Assembly (NCBI GenBank): GCA_019057795.1
Contig: JAHLWS010000073.1
Span: 1 to 64,000, forward strand
DNA: 64,000 nt
Direction: 5' to 3'
Origin: Promethearchaeota archaeon
Lineage (GTDB): Archaea; Asgardarchaeota; Lokiarchaeia; Sigyniarchaeales; SOKP01
The notes under the pieces were generated by a model. The model saw nothing but the letters and a program-made list of their open reading frames with translations. It ran no database searches and had not been told where the DNA came from. Position numbers and translations under genes: made by a program. Of this stretch, positions 17,852-28,014 are shown in pieces (positions within the stretch are counted from its first letter, which is position 1; every line of letters starts with the position of its first letter).

Positions 17852-20647
17852 ATGGTAAATACCGAATATAACTTTCAAAAAATCGAGAAAAAATGGCAAA
17901 ATAAGTGGGAAAAAGAGAAGATTTTCGAAGTTAAAGAAGATTTGAGCAAAAAGGGGAAGACTAAATATTATGTTTTGGAGATGTACCCCTATCCAAGCTC
18001 AGATTTACATATCGGGCACCTTCGCAATTATTCAATAGGTGATTCTTTTGCAAGATTTAAAAGAATGCAAGGTTTTAATGTATTATACCCAATGGGGTAT
18101 GATAGCTATGGATTACCAGCAGAAAATGCTGCCATAGATCAAGGAGTAGATCCTGCAGAATGGACGGACTTTAATATAAAATCGATTCAACAACAACAAA
18201 AGCACATAGGGCTTTCATACGATTGGAGGCGAATGATCTATAGTCACGATCCTAATTATTACAAGTGGGATCAATGGTTCTTTATAAAAATGTACGAGAA
18301 AGGTTTAGCATACAGACAAGAAAGCTATGTGAATTGGTGCCCAGATTGCACGACGGTATTAGCTAATGAACAAGTTCTAAGCGGTAAATGTTGGCGTTGT
18401 AGTTCTGAAGTTGAACAGAAGTTCTTAACTCAATGGTTTTTAAAAATTAGAGAATATGCTGAGGAGCTTTTGGATGGATTAAACCAAGTTGAATGGCCAG
18501 AAAAAGTGAAAACTATGCAAAGAAACTGGATTGGGCGCTCCGAAGGAAGCATCATTCGGTTCCCAATTGTAGGAGAGGATCGAACAATCGACATTTTTAC
18601 AACTAGAGCTGATACTTTGTTTGGCGTTACCTTTATGGTCTTTGCACCAGAACATCCTTGGGTAAAATTATGGGTAAAAGGGACGGAATATGAGGAGGAC
18701 TTTGAAAATTTCTACAATGAAGTTGCGAAACAAGATAAATTTGAAAGAACCGATATTGAGGTTGAAAAGAAAGGATTGTTTATTGGTAGATATGCCATTA
18801 ACCCCATGACTAAGGAAGAAATTCAAATTTATGTAGGTAATTTTATCATCTATGAGTATGGTGCTGGAGCCGTTATGGCCGTTCCTGGACACGACCAACG
18901 CGACTTTGAATTTGCAAAAGAATACAATATACCAATAAAAATAGTTATTCAGCCGTTTGATTATGAAATACATGAAAAAAAAATGATTAGAGCTTATGAA
19001 GGCGATGGAACGCTAGTTAATTCAGACGAGTTTAACGGTATGGAAAACCGCTCTGCTATAAAATCAATTATAAAGAAGTTAGAAATTATGAAAATGGGGG
19101 AAGATACAATCAATTATAAATTAAGAGATTGGTTAATTTCCAGACAACGCTATTGGGGCTGCCCTATTCCAATTATTTATTGTGATACTTGTGGAATCGT
19201 TCCCGTACCTTGTGAAGACCTACCTGTGGAGCTGCCTAAAGACATAAAGTTCGTAGGTAAAGGAAATCCTCTTAAAACAAGTGTAAGTTTTGTCAAAGTC
19301 CAATGCCCAAAGTGTGGAAAACCAGCTAAAAGAGAAACTGATACAATGGATACTTTTGTAGATAGTTCGTGGTATTTCTTCAGGTATTGCGATCCTGATG
19401 AGAAGAAATTACCATATAGAAAAGATATAGCAGACTATTGGATGAATGTCGATCAGTATATTGGAGGTGTTGAACATTCTGTGCTTCATTTATTATATGC
19501 AAGGTTTTTCACTAAAGTAGCTCGAGATCTTGGGCTTCATTCGTGCGACGAACCATTTCAAAAGTTATTAACACAAGGAATGATAAATAAATCCCATCCT
19601 TTCTGCCCTGAATGCGAAACATTCGCAAAGAAAGCAGAAATGCACGATAAAAAATGTAAACGATGCGGAACGGAATATATTTTGAAAAGCGTTAAAATGA
19701 GTAAAAGTCTTGGTAATACCGTAGAACCAATTGGAATCATGAATAAATATGGAGCCGATGCAGCGAGATTTTTTATTTTATTTGGGGCTAGTCCAAAATC
19801 AGGGTTAGAATGGTCTGACGAAGGCGTAGATTTCGCTTACAAATTTATGAGGAATTTTTTTCACTTGTTAAGAGAACCAATCGAAAAAGTACGAGCAAAG
19901 AGCTCCATTAGGGACGAATTAATAACATACAATTTGAATAAAACTATAAAAGCAGTTACAGAAAGCTACGAGAAACTTGCCATACGAGATGTTATTAATC
20001 ATATTATTCTATTTTTTTCGGATTTAACAAAATATAAGGACGAAGGTGGATTAAAAGAAATCTTCAACGAGTGTCGAGAAAAATTGACTTTGCTTTTCCA
20101 CCCAATTGCTCCACATACAACAGAGGAGATTTGGGAGCTTATGGGAAAAAAGGATTTTATCAGTTTAGCCAACTGGCCATCGTATAACGTTTCTTTATTA
20201 ACTGTCGGAAACCAATTTAAATGGAAACTTATGAGCAATACTGTAGACGATATTAGCAGCATTAAATTAGCAACCAAAAAAGGCAAGTTAAAAGACATTA
20301 TCATAATAATTGCCGCTTCGTGGAAATTCAAATTCTATTCGCTTTTAATGTCTTTAATAGAAAAGTCAAAAAATCAAGGAGAAATCATGAAAAAGATAAT
20401 GCAACATGACGAGTTTAAAACTTACGATAAATTCATTAATCAAACAACGGCAAGAATATTAAAAAATATTGGTAAATATCCAAAATATACACTTTCAAGT
20501 GAAGAAGAGTATCAATTCTTTAAGGAGATGATACCAATAATTAAAAAAAAATTCAACTGCCCGATAAACATCATTTTAGAGAGCGACTCAAAAGAAAATA
20601 AAGCGTCCCAATCGCTACCAGGTCGACCTGCAATAGTTATTAAATAA
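17852..20647 (+). CDS. leuS: Leucyl-tRNA synthetase (bacterial-type core, archaeal-like C-terminal domain)
   Basis: [64 protein letters not shown]. Confidence 0.97.
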   Translation: MVNTEYNFQKIEKKWQNKWEKEKIFEVKEDLSKKGKTKYYVLEMYPYPSSDLHIGHLRNYSIGDSFARFKRMQGFNVLYPMGYDSYGLPAENAAIDQGVDPAEWTDFNIKSIQQQQKHIGLSYDWRRMIYSHDPNYYKWDQWFFIKMYEKGLAYRQESYVNWCPDCTTVLANEQVLSGKCWRCSSEVEQKFLTQWFLKIREYAEELLDGLNQVEWPEKVKTMQRNWIGRSEGSIIRFPIVGEDRTIDIFTTRADTLFGVTFMVFAPEHPWVKLWVKGTEYEEDFENFYNEVAKQDKFERTDIEVEKKGLFIGRYAINPMTKEEIQIYVGNFIIYEYGAGAVMAVPGHDQRDFEFAKEYNIPIKIVIQPFDYEIHEKKMIRAYEGDGTLVNSDEFNGMENRSAIKSIIKKLEIMKMGEDTINYKLRDWLISRQRYWGCPIPIIYCDTCGIVPVPCEDLPVELPKDIKFVGKGNPLKTSVSFVKVQCPKCGKPAKRETDTMDTFVDSSWYFFRYCDPDEKKLPYRKDIADYWMNVDQYIGGVEHSVLHLLYARFFTKVARDLGLHSCDEPFQKLLTQGMINKSHPFCPECETFAKKAEMHDKKCKRCGTEYILKSVKMSKSLGNTVEPIGIMNKYGADAARFFILFGASPKSGLEWSDEGVDFAYKFMRNFFHLLREPIEKVRAKSSIRDELITYNLNKTIKAVTESYEKLAIRDVINHIILFFSDLTKYKDEGGLKEIFNECREKLTLLFHPIAPHTTEEIWELMGKKDFISLANWPSYNVSLLTVGNQFKWKLMSNTVDDISSIKLATKKGKLKDIIIIIAASWKFKFYSLLMSLIEKSKNQGEIMKKIMQHDEFKTYDKFINQTTARILKNIGKYPKYTLSSEEEYQFFKEMIPIIKKKFNCPINIILESDSKENKASQSLPGRPAIVIK

Positions 20648-20823
20648 TATAAAAAATAAATTCCTTTTATTGATTTTTGTTCCCTCCTTGTATATCAGAA
20701 AATATATTTTACTAATAAAACCATAATATTTACTGCACTGATTTAAATACATAATACCAAATCTATATTTATACAATAAAATGTAATTTATTTTTCAAAT
20801 TTCTGTAAAGATACTTATATAAG

Positions 20824-21675
20824 ATGACATTTTACGAACTTTCAGTTATTACTAACACGGGATTTCCTTATTACAATTTAAAACTAAAGAGTCCTCCTAG
20901 TGGTGTGAATTTATATTTAAGATTTTTTGATTTTTCCCATAATAATTCTGGTCCAAATATTAACCTAGATCTTGTCAGCCTATTTGAGCTCAATGCTGGA
21001 TTAGTTTCAGCTTTATACGAATTTGCCCGAAGTATTGACAAAAAAATTGAAAAACTTGAATTCAAACCACGTAAAAAAGGAGCTTTAAACAAAGCAAATT
21101 ATAAAGGTGATGTTTTAATCACCACTCAAACAGAACCATACTTACTTCATAAATCTGTTCGGGAAAAGATAAAATTAATTTATAATTCCGTGATATCTCC
21201 TAAAATCCCCCTTGATTCGGCTTTAAAAATATTACAAAACGAAGAAGATAAAATATTAGATATTTTAACAGATTCAGAAGCAAGAAATCGCGTAAAAAAA
21301 CATAAAAAAGAGATCAATCAATTAGCAAATGATTTTTTAACTGAGATGAATAGCTATGGACTTCATGGTATTTGTATTACTTGTTTTGATCTCTCACCTA
21401 TTACTGTATTCGGAAAGAAATATTCTTTAAATGATGTAGAAACAATTTTGAGAAAGATTGGCGTAATCCCTGAGATCTCGCCTTTAGAATGGATATATCG
21501 GCAGTCATATATTTCAGACGAACAAATATGGGTGTATTTAATAAAATCAGGAGTAGGTCCAACTATTCACGGACTATTTGAACCTTATTTTTACCTACTA
21601 TTTGCTGATCCTCAGTCTTATTTAGGGGAATTTCCTGGAAAGCTTACTGCTAAATTTAATCAAGTTTTAGGATAA
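20824..21675 (+). CDS. Hypothetical protein; probable longin domain plus roadblock-like domain
   Basis: ELSVITNTGFPYY and LNAGLVSALYEFARSI fit the longin beta-beta-alpha start; C-terminal half has an alpha-beta-beta-alpha-beta-beta-beta-alpha pattern. Confidence 0.55.
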   Translation: MTFYELSVITNTGFPYYNLKLKSPPSGVNLYLRFFDFSHNNSGPNINLDLVSLFELNAGLVSALYEFARSIDKKIEKLEFKPRKKGALNKANYKGDVLITTQTEPYLLHKSVREKIKLIYNSVISPKIPLDSALKILQNEEDKILDILTDSEARNRVKKHKKEINQLANDFLTEMNSYGLHGICITCFDLSPITVFGKKYSLNDVETILRKIGVIPEISPLEWIYRQSYISDEQIWVYLIKSGVGPTIHGLFEPYFYLLFADPQSYLGEFPGKLTAKFNQVLG

Positions 21676-21704
21676 ATTGATTTAGAAAATATAAACAAAA
21701 TATT

Positions 21705-22475
21705 TTATTTAACGGATGTTTCTGCTGCTTTTATTACTTCATATAGTGAATCTGCCTGTAGTGAAGCTCCTCCAACTAAACCTCCATCAATATTATCTTT
21801 TTTGAATATATCTTCTGCGTTTTTTGGTTTTATAGAGCCCCCATATTGGATTCTAACTATATCTGCTGTTTTTTTATCGTAGTTTTTGGCTAAAAGTTCG
21901 CGAATAAAAACATGTATCTCTTCAGCTTGCTCTGGAGTAGCTGTTTTTCCCGTACCAATTGCCCATATTGGTTCATACGCTATAACAACTTTATTCATTT
22001 CTTCATTTGTTAAGTCTTTAAAAGTATTTTTAAATTGATTTTCAATCATTTCTTTTGTTCTTCCAGTTTCTCTTTCTTCAAGATGTTCTCCAATACAAAC
22101 AATCGTATTTAAACCCAAAGATAAGGCTTTTTTCAATTTTTTGTTTACTAATTCGTTTGTTTCTTTAAAAATATCCCTTCTTTCGCTATGACCAAGAATT
22201 ACAAATTTACACCCGAGTTCTTTTAAGAAAAATGGAGAAATCTCGCCTGTAAAAGCTCCTTTTTCTTCAAAATATATGTTCTGGGCTCCAATCATTATAT
22301 TTGTGTTTTGGACACACTCAATCGTAGAATATAAGGCTGTAAAGGGTGGAACAATCACAATGTCGACAGAATTAATCTTTTCCACTAAGGGAATCAACTT
22401 TTTCAGCATTTCTATAGCTTCTGAAGGGGTTCCCTTATTCATTTTCCAATTCCCGCCAATAATTGGTTTCCTCAT
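21705..22475 (-). CDS. tpiA: Triosephosphate isomerase (bacterial/eukaryotic length type)
   Basis: GGNWKMN, GAFTGEIS, ILGHSERR, AYEPIWAIGTGK, DGGLVGGASL. Confidence 0.98.
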   Translation of the reverse strand: MRKPIIGGNWKMNKGTPSEAIEMLKKLIPLVEKINSVDIVIVPPFTALYSTIECVQNTNIMIGAQNIYFEEKGAFTGEISPFFLKELGCKFVILGHSERRDIFKETNELVNKKLKKALSLGLNTIVCIGEHLEERETGRTKEMIENQFKNTFKDLTNEEMNKVVIAYEPIWAIGTGKTATPEQAEEIHVFIRELLAKNYDKKTADIVRIQYGGSIKPKNAEDIFKKDNIDGGLVGGASLQADSLYEVIKAAETSVK

Positions 22476-22573
22476 TTTTAATTACCTTTTTCCTTCTTTT
22501 AAAAATGTATAGATTAAACTCGATAATGATTTTAATTTAAGTTATATTTATGTAAAAAGAGTAATAAAAAAGA

Positions 22574-23077
22574 TTATTCTTCTTTTTTTATTTTGTCTGC
22601 TAACTTTGTAGCTTCTAATAGCTTTTTTACTTCATTGACATCTGGAGACATAACTTTTGGTAATCCGAGTTGATCTCTTCTTCTTTCTATAGCAGGTTGC
22701 ATGGGAATTGCTTTACCATTTTCTAAAATGGTGGATGCTTGAATAGTGTAATAATCTGGAGCTTCACCTCTTTCAACACTCATATTTTTTAAAATGGTAA
22801 AAATTTCTGTAAGTTCTACTTTTTGAGGACACACCTCATCGCAAGTATCACAAACTGTGCATCCCCATATACTAAACGAATTTTCTCTCCCAAAAATTTT
22901 TTCTTTTAACCCAAGAAGCGCATCCAAAATTAGTCTCCTAGGGTTATAGCGTCCATTTGTTACTTGTGCCACAGGGCAAGCTCCACTACATGTAGCACAC
23001 TGATAACAATAAGCTAATGTACTACCGATGTCAGATTGGATAATTTGGTTTCGAAACTCAAAATCTATGGTTGCCAT
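22574..23077 (-). CDS. hdrC: Heterodisulfide reductase subunit C-like 2x[4Fe-4S] protein
   Basis: CYQCATCSGACP and CTVCDTCDEVCP; NPRRLI; likely start at internal ATG 23077 (MATIDF). Confidence 0.88.
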   Translation of the reverse strand: MATIDFEFRNQIIQSDIGSTLAYCYQCATCSGACPVAQVTNGRYNPRRLILDALLGLKEKIFGRENSFSIWGCTVCDTCDEVCPQKVELTEIFTILKNMSVERGEAPDYYTIQASTILENGKAIPMQPAIERRRDQLGLPKVMSPDVNEVKKLLEATKLADKIKKEE

Positions 23078-23200
23078 AAATATCAACTTAGTTTTTATAA
23101 AACTTATATTAATATTAAATAGCATTAAATTTTAAACTAATTCTTTTTAATTTTAAAAAAAGGGATAAATAATTTAATATTAAAAGAGAGATTTCTGATT

Positions 23201-23566
23201 TTAATTTTGACTTAATTTAGATATCGTTTCTTTAATGATAGCTTCTCCATAGTTTCCAACCATTTTACCATTAATCATAACTTCCCTTCCTTGTACTTCA
23301 ACTGCACCATCCACTAATTTCCCGTTCTTGAAAAATAATAAGGTTGGAATAGCGGTTACACCAAATTTTTCGCCTAAAGGTCTATTTTGTTCTAAATCTA
23401 CTTGCAACAGCTTAAATAAACCCTCTCTCTCTAGTTTTTCTAAAGTTGGACTTAAAATTTTACATGGTCCACACCAATTTGTATAAATATCACAAATAAC
23501 GATTCCATTATCGTAGTTATTTGGAAGCTCAATACCATATTCTTTTAAATCTTCGATACTCGTCAT
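23201..23566 (-). CDS. trxA: Thioredoxin
   Basis: WCGPC, FGVTAIPTLLFFKNG. Confidence 0.95.
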   Translation of the reverse strand: MTSIEDLKEYGIELPNNYDNGIVICDIYTNWCGPCKILSPTLEKLEREGLFKLLQVDLEQNRPLGEKFGVTAIPTLLFFKNGKLVDGAVEVQGREVMINGKMVGNYGEAIIKETISKLSQN

Positions 23567-23782
23567 TTTATTTCAGTTTCTGGTCCTTACTTAATGATCT
23601 TTTGAATAATATGATTTATATTAGTCAAAACTAATATTTAATTACTTTTATTAGTTTCATTTATAAAACATTAAGCTACTTAGGAAAAAGTAGTGGATTT
23701 TTTTTCAGAACTAAAAAAAAATAACGATAATTTAACCCAATCGCGTTTTAAAATATTAATAACCTAATAAAAGATGAATTTA

Positions 23783-24382
23783 CTAATTTAATGATTTCTT
23801 TTTGACTAAAGTATTTAGTTGAGCAATTAACCAACAAAGTTCTTCGTATGTCGATGAAGATTTAAAAATTTCTTTCGTCTTTAACTGTATTTCATTCTTT
23901 GAAGTTTTCTTTGAGCCTTTTAAAAGCTTTAATTGTAATTGAGCCAAAGTTTTGCATAATTCTTTATATGATTTTTTTTTTTGGGAAAGGTCGTTTGCCG
24001 CGATAGTTATTTCTGCCTCGAGATCTGGATTTAATCCTGCTTCAATGAGCTCCATAGTTTCGTCAATTTGGATTTTTAATTCAGCTCTTCTTTCTATGGC
24101 TTTTTTTTGTTTTAATCCATTGCTTAAAAAATCTTTAATGACGATAAAAGCACCATATTCTTTGTTTTGATCTATTATTTGAATGTTAGCTGTTTTTTCC
24201 TTTTTTTCATTTAACAAGTTTGCCTTATTTATTGTTATATCCTTTCTCTTTTTAGATATGTTCGAACCAAACCATATATATATTGTTTTAAAATCGTCAA
24301 TTAAATACACAGTATCTTCTTTAAAATCGGCTTTACTTATTCTTTTTAATCCTCCCCTTACACCGACACTATACAATATCAT
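23783..24382 (-). CDS. Single gelsolin-domain protein with helical C-terminal domain (Asgard 1DGelX-like)
   Basis: DTVYLIDDFKTIYIWFG..S...IIDQNKEYGAF is the gelsolin-repeat signature; C-terminal repeated Y.ELC..A helices. Confidence 0.8.
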   Translation of the reverse strand: MILYSVGVRGGLKRISKADFKEDTVYLIDDFKTIYIWFGSNISKKRKDITINKANLLNEKKEKTANIQIIDQNKEYGAFIVIKDFLSNGLKQKKAIERRAELKIQIDETMELIEAGLNPDLEAEITIAANDLSQKKKSYKELCKTLAQLQLKLLKGSKKTSKNEIQLKTKEIFKSSSTYEELCWLIAQLNTLVKKKSLN

Positions 24383-24462
24383 TTCAAATCTCAGTTTATA
24401 TTATTATTACAAAGAAAATAAAATTATCTTCTGATTTAAACGTAAATATAAAAATAAATTGC

Positions 24463-25110
24463 TTAGATTTTCAAAGATTTCTTTGTTAATATTTCTACCT
24501 TTATCTTGGAATCCTTTTTTGCCATAAGTTCCCTAAATGGGTTTAAATCCTTTTCCCAATTATGCATTGGAACTACTATTTCAGGTTGGATATCTAATGC
24601 CGCATCAGTAGCTTCCTCAAAATCCATAGTATATGTCCCTCCACATGGTAATAAAGCGACCGTTATTTTTCTGATAGCTAATTCTTTCATCTCAGGGATT
24701 CTTTCCGTATCACCCGCATGATAAACACTTTTACCTGCCGATTCTATTATCGTTCCAACCCAATTATTGCTTTTTGGATGAGTACCTTTTTTTATAGTAT
24801 ATGCCGGAAAAAGCTCGATTGTAAAATCTTTGTATGCGAATTCTTCCCCAATTTCTAGAGCTTGCCCATCAAATTTTATTAAACTGTCAGCTATACTAAC
24901 AGGACCTAATAAAATTGTATCATCTTTCCATATTTTCTTAATATCTGACCTTGAAAAATGATCACCATGGCTGTGGGAAGAAACTATAATATCAGCTTTT
25001 TCTTCACCATTTTTAATATTGTATGGATCTAAGTATATTATCCTTCCACTAAACATCTTTATTTTAAAACTAGCATGTCCTAACCAAAAAATTTCCATTT
25101 GAGCATCCAT
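24463..25110 (-). CDS. Metallo-beta-lactamase-fold hydrolase (UPF0173/UlaG-like)
   Basis: WLGHASF, SHSHGDH, YHAGDT, VPMH. Confidence 0.92.
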   Translation of the reverse strand: MDAQMEIFWLGHASFKIKMFSGRIIYLDPYNIKNGEEKADIIVSSHSHGDHFSRSDIKKIWKDDTILLGPVSIADSLIKFDGQALEIGEEFAYKDFTIELFPAYTIKKGTHPKSNNWVGTIIESAGKSVYHAGDTERIPEMKELAIRKITVALLPCGGTYTMDFEEATDAALDIQPEIVVPMHNWEKDLNPFRELMAKKDSKIKVEILTKKSLKI

Positions 25111-25289
25111 TAATATTACCTCTAAATATTTTTAAATTTAATCTAAGTTGTTAGTTAAAATAAATGATTATAGATTATAATTCTTCCTTGAAAAACATAC
25201 TAATCATCTTTTAAATGAATTGAAAATATTAATATGGATGCATATTTTTCAATAATTATTCAAATTTATATACCCAAATTGAAAGAAAG

Positions 25290-25790
25290 ATGAATTTAAC
25301 GAGAGAAGATTTAATTCAGTCAGATGCTACAATGAATCAAATGCGAAACATGGTATATTATTTAGAACGCTTCATGAAAATCAATGATGTTTCTGAAATA
25401 AGAGAAAAACTTAGAAGAATGGGTCGAAACATTGCCCATACTTATATGAATTATTGGAAACCAATTGATTTTGTAAATATAACTAATGTGAAAGATGTTG
25501 TTTCAACGATTTACAAAAAAATTTTAAACAGCACTGTTTTAGTAGAACTTGATGAGATTGAGAAGGTAATTAGGGTTAAGGATAACGATTGCTCTTTGTG
25601 CAAGTATCCATTTAACGATATCGAAGTTGCGGGATGTGAAATAATTGCAGCAATGATTTCAGAATTTATCTCTCTAATTAATAATGAAAAATCGTTAATA
25701 ATACTACAACCAATTGATATTCACGAATCTCGGACATTTGGAAATAAATATTGTCTTCATAGTTTTAAATACACTGAAGGAGGCGCTTAA
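25290..25790 (+). CDS. V4R/Bet3 (TRAPPC3)-like protein
   Basis: EKLRRMGRNIA, CSLC, GCEIIAAMI, ESRTFGNKYC resemble V4R/Bet3 fold elements. Confidence 0.6.
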   Translation: MNLTREDLIQSDATMNQMRNMVYYLERFMKINDVSEIREKLRRMGRNIAHTYMNYWKPIDFVNITNVKDVVSTIYKKILNSTVLVELDEIEKVIRVKDNDCSLCKYPFNDIEVAGCEIIAAMISEFISLINNEKSLIILQPIDIHESRTFGNKYCLHSFKYTEGGA

Positions 25791-25792
25791 TT

Positions 25793-27268
25793 ATGGGAGC
25801 AGTTCAATGGCTATTAAAAAAGGTTACTAAAGTATTTGGTAGAAACACTAATTCTTTATTTTACGTTCTTCTTTACCGTGAAATACTAAAAGAGATAAAT
25901 GAAATTACGAAAAATGAAGAAGATAGCGTGATTATTCTTCGAGAAATCGGAAAACAAGCAGCAACAGAATCCTGTGAACGTCATACTGCCGTTTTTAAGT
26001 GGATGCCCGGAAGTCCAAAAAAAATAGTTGAATATTTTGAACTCTTGTGGGTGGTTGTTTTTGGGAAGGACTTAGAGGAGGGGGACTTAACATACCAAGA
26101 AATTCCAAAAGAAGGCTCAAAATATAATGATTATATCGTTAAAATAAAAAGCTGTCCACTTTGTGCAGGATATGGGTTAGATCATGAAGATACTTTTAAT
26201 TTTCAAAAATTAAAAAGTAAAGATAGCGAAGGATTTGCTTGTGGTTTAACGGGAATGTTAGAGAGCGTTGCTAATTTCATACTTAAAATTAAAAGGAACG
26301 ATTATCGAATTAACATAGTAGAACAGAAATGTATTGCAAAAGGAGAAGAATCCCTTCAATTTACATGTAAAATATATGACAATATTGAATGGAAAAATCT
26401 AATGAGCACTCGAATTCAAGATAAAATCAAATCTGGCGTAAAATTTGAAGAGAGTTTGGAAGACGAAGTCGTTCAAGAAACTAAATTAGACATCATAGAT
26501 AAACTTCAGGAAGTACTATCTTTAGATAAAATTGAGGAATTACTCGATGAACCATTAGAAGGTATTAAAGAAAAAGTTGCTGAGATAATAGAAGATAAAT
26601 TAAATCTTGAACCTCAACATTTCTTCGATTACTTTAAAGATTACGAGGATGATATGATTAGGATAGTTGGATTTCTCTCAGTTCACCTCCTTAACGAATA
26701 TGGAGGATTAATTGAAAAAATTCTCGAAAATAACACTTTCGCAAAAATTGCGGGATATCTTTTTAAACAGTTAAGAGAATTTGCGCTATTATTCGTACCC
26801 ATTGATGTAATTAACGATTATCACCAATTATTAATAAATTTTCTTGACGGATTAGCTTCCGATGAAATGGTTGACAACATAAAACAATTTTCGGGGAAGG
26901 ATGATATTAATTTTCTTTTTGAAGGTGCCCAAATGGCACTTGAAAATTTAGGCATTGACTTTTCAGAGCTAAAAGATAATGTTTGGGAAGAATTAAGAAA
27001 GGAAAGAGAAGATGGTTTAATTTCCTCAGAACAATCAATGATGGAAAAAACCGAAGAAAATATCCCAAACCTTATTAAAATTATGCAAGAAATCTTAATG
27101 TTATTCAGCGATATTTTAACTCTCCCTATAAGAGTGTTGATATCAGAAAGTCATTATGGTATTAAGACTGCGATTAATTCGGTTGTATCTGAAGAAGAAG
27201 GGCTGTTTGGTAGTATTAAAGACAGAATTGATACGATTTTTGATTATGTTCAAGAAATAAGGCAATAA
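25793..27268 (+). CDS. V4R/Bet3-family (Trs31/Trs33-like) N-terminal domain plus long acidic helical region
   Basis: LFYVLLYREI, LREIGKQAA, LWVVVFGKD, CPLC, CGLTGMLES, EQKCIAKGEE. Confidence 0.65.
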   Translation: MGAVQWLLKKVTKVFGRNTNSLFYVLLYREILKEINEITKNEEDSVIILREIGKQAATESCERHTAVFKWMPGSPKKIVEYFELLWVVVFGKDLEEGDLTYQEIPKEGSKYNDYIVKIKSCPLCAGYGLDHEDTFNFQKLKSKDSEGFACGLTGMLESVANFILKIKRNDYRINIVEQKCIAKGEESLQFTCKIYDNIEWKNLMSTRIQDKIKSGVKFEESLEDEVVQETKLDIIDKLQEVLSLDKIEELLDEPLEGIKEKVAEIIEDKLNLEPQHFFDYFKDYEDDMIRIVGFLSVHLLNEYGGLIEKILENNTFAKIAGYLFKQLREFALLFVPIDVINDYHQLLINFLDGLASDEMVDNIKQFSGKDDINFLFEGAQMALENLGIDFSELKDNVWEELRKEREDGLISSEQSMMEKTEENIPNLIKIMQEILMLFSDILTLPIRVLISESHYGIKTAINSVVSEEEGLFGSIKDRIDTIFDYVQEIRQ

Positions 27269-27315
27269 TTAATGAAAATTAAAAAAAAAAAAATTAAAAA
27301 TAAATTTATTTTTAC

Positions 27316-28014
27316 CTAAGTTTTAAAGCCAAGGTACATCCATAAAGCGAAGGTCATCATTACCCCTCTTACAAACCCAATAGCAATACCGGGTGGAACA
27401 ATAGAATCTAAAGCTCCGCAAACGACAAAAATTATGAATCCTAATGCTAGATAAATAAATTTTTTTCTCAACTCTCCTGTTGCCTGCTTAGCTTTTAATA
27501 AGAAACCAAAACCTAGAAATACAAGAGATACAACGAGAAAAAAAGCAATTAGGAAAAATGTTGGGTGAGCTCTAACAAAACTGGCATCAATTAAATCTTG
27601 ACCGGGAGTAACAAGTACCCATGTGAAAGAATCAGTTGTATAGAACCACAGAAAGTATTCAAATATAACTCCTAAGACTATCATACTTCCAACTAGGAAC
27701 CATTTTTTTTTTGGAATTAAAAGCGAACCACCAAGGTACATCGAGACAACTATTGCCGGGGCAACCCACATATAACTTAAAATCGAATATAAGGGAGTAG
27801 GTGTTATGTTGGTTTCTGTGAATATAACCAAAATAAAATCTATAAATGGACCAAGCCATAGAAAGCCGATGAAAAGCATTGTTAAAGCCGCCCATGTTAA
27901 AAGTTTTGCTTTTAATTTAATCGATTTATATAATGATAGCAAAGCAAAAATCGTAGCTGATAAAATGATACCCGATGCCGTCAAACCATCTAATAAACCT
28001 AACGCATCAACCAT
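27316..28014 (-). CDS. Stand-alone 7-TM membrane protein (HisKA_7TM-like)
   Basis: Seven hydrophobic segments counted by eye; no soluble domain. Confidence 0.6.
   Translation of the reverse strand: MVDALGLLDGLTASGIILSATIFALLSLYKSIKLKAKLLTWAALTMLFIGFLWLGPFIDFILVIFTETNITPTPLYSILSYMWVAPAIVVSMYLGGSLLIPKKKWFLVGSMIVLGVIFEYFLWFYTTDSFTWVLVTPGQDLIDASFVRAHPTFFLIAFFLVVSLVFLGFGFLLKAKQATGELRKKFIYLALGFIIFVVCGALDSIVPPGIAIGFVRGVMMTFALWMYLGFKT

Noticed and set aside
23675-23705. Hairpin CTACTT/AAGTAG followed by a T-run
   Set aside because: Short, and the T-run is on the + strand while both flanking genes are on the - strand; likely chance
22476-23782. Selenoprotein or SECIS near hdrC/thioredoxin
   Set aside because: No in-frame TGA at Cys positions and no convincing SECIS-like stem seen by eye; a covariance search would be needed to exclude it
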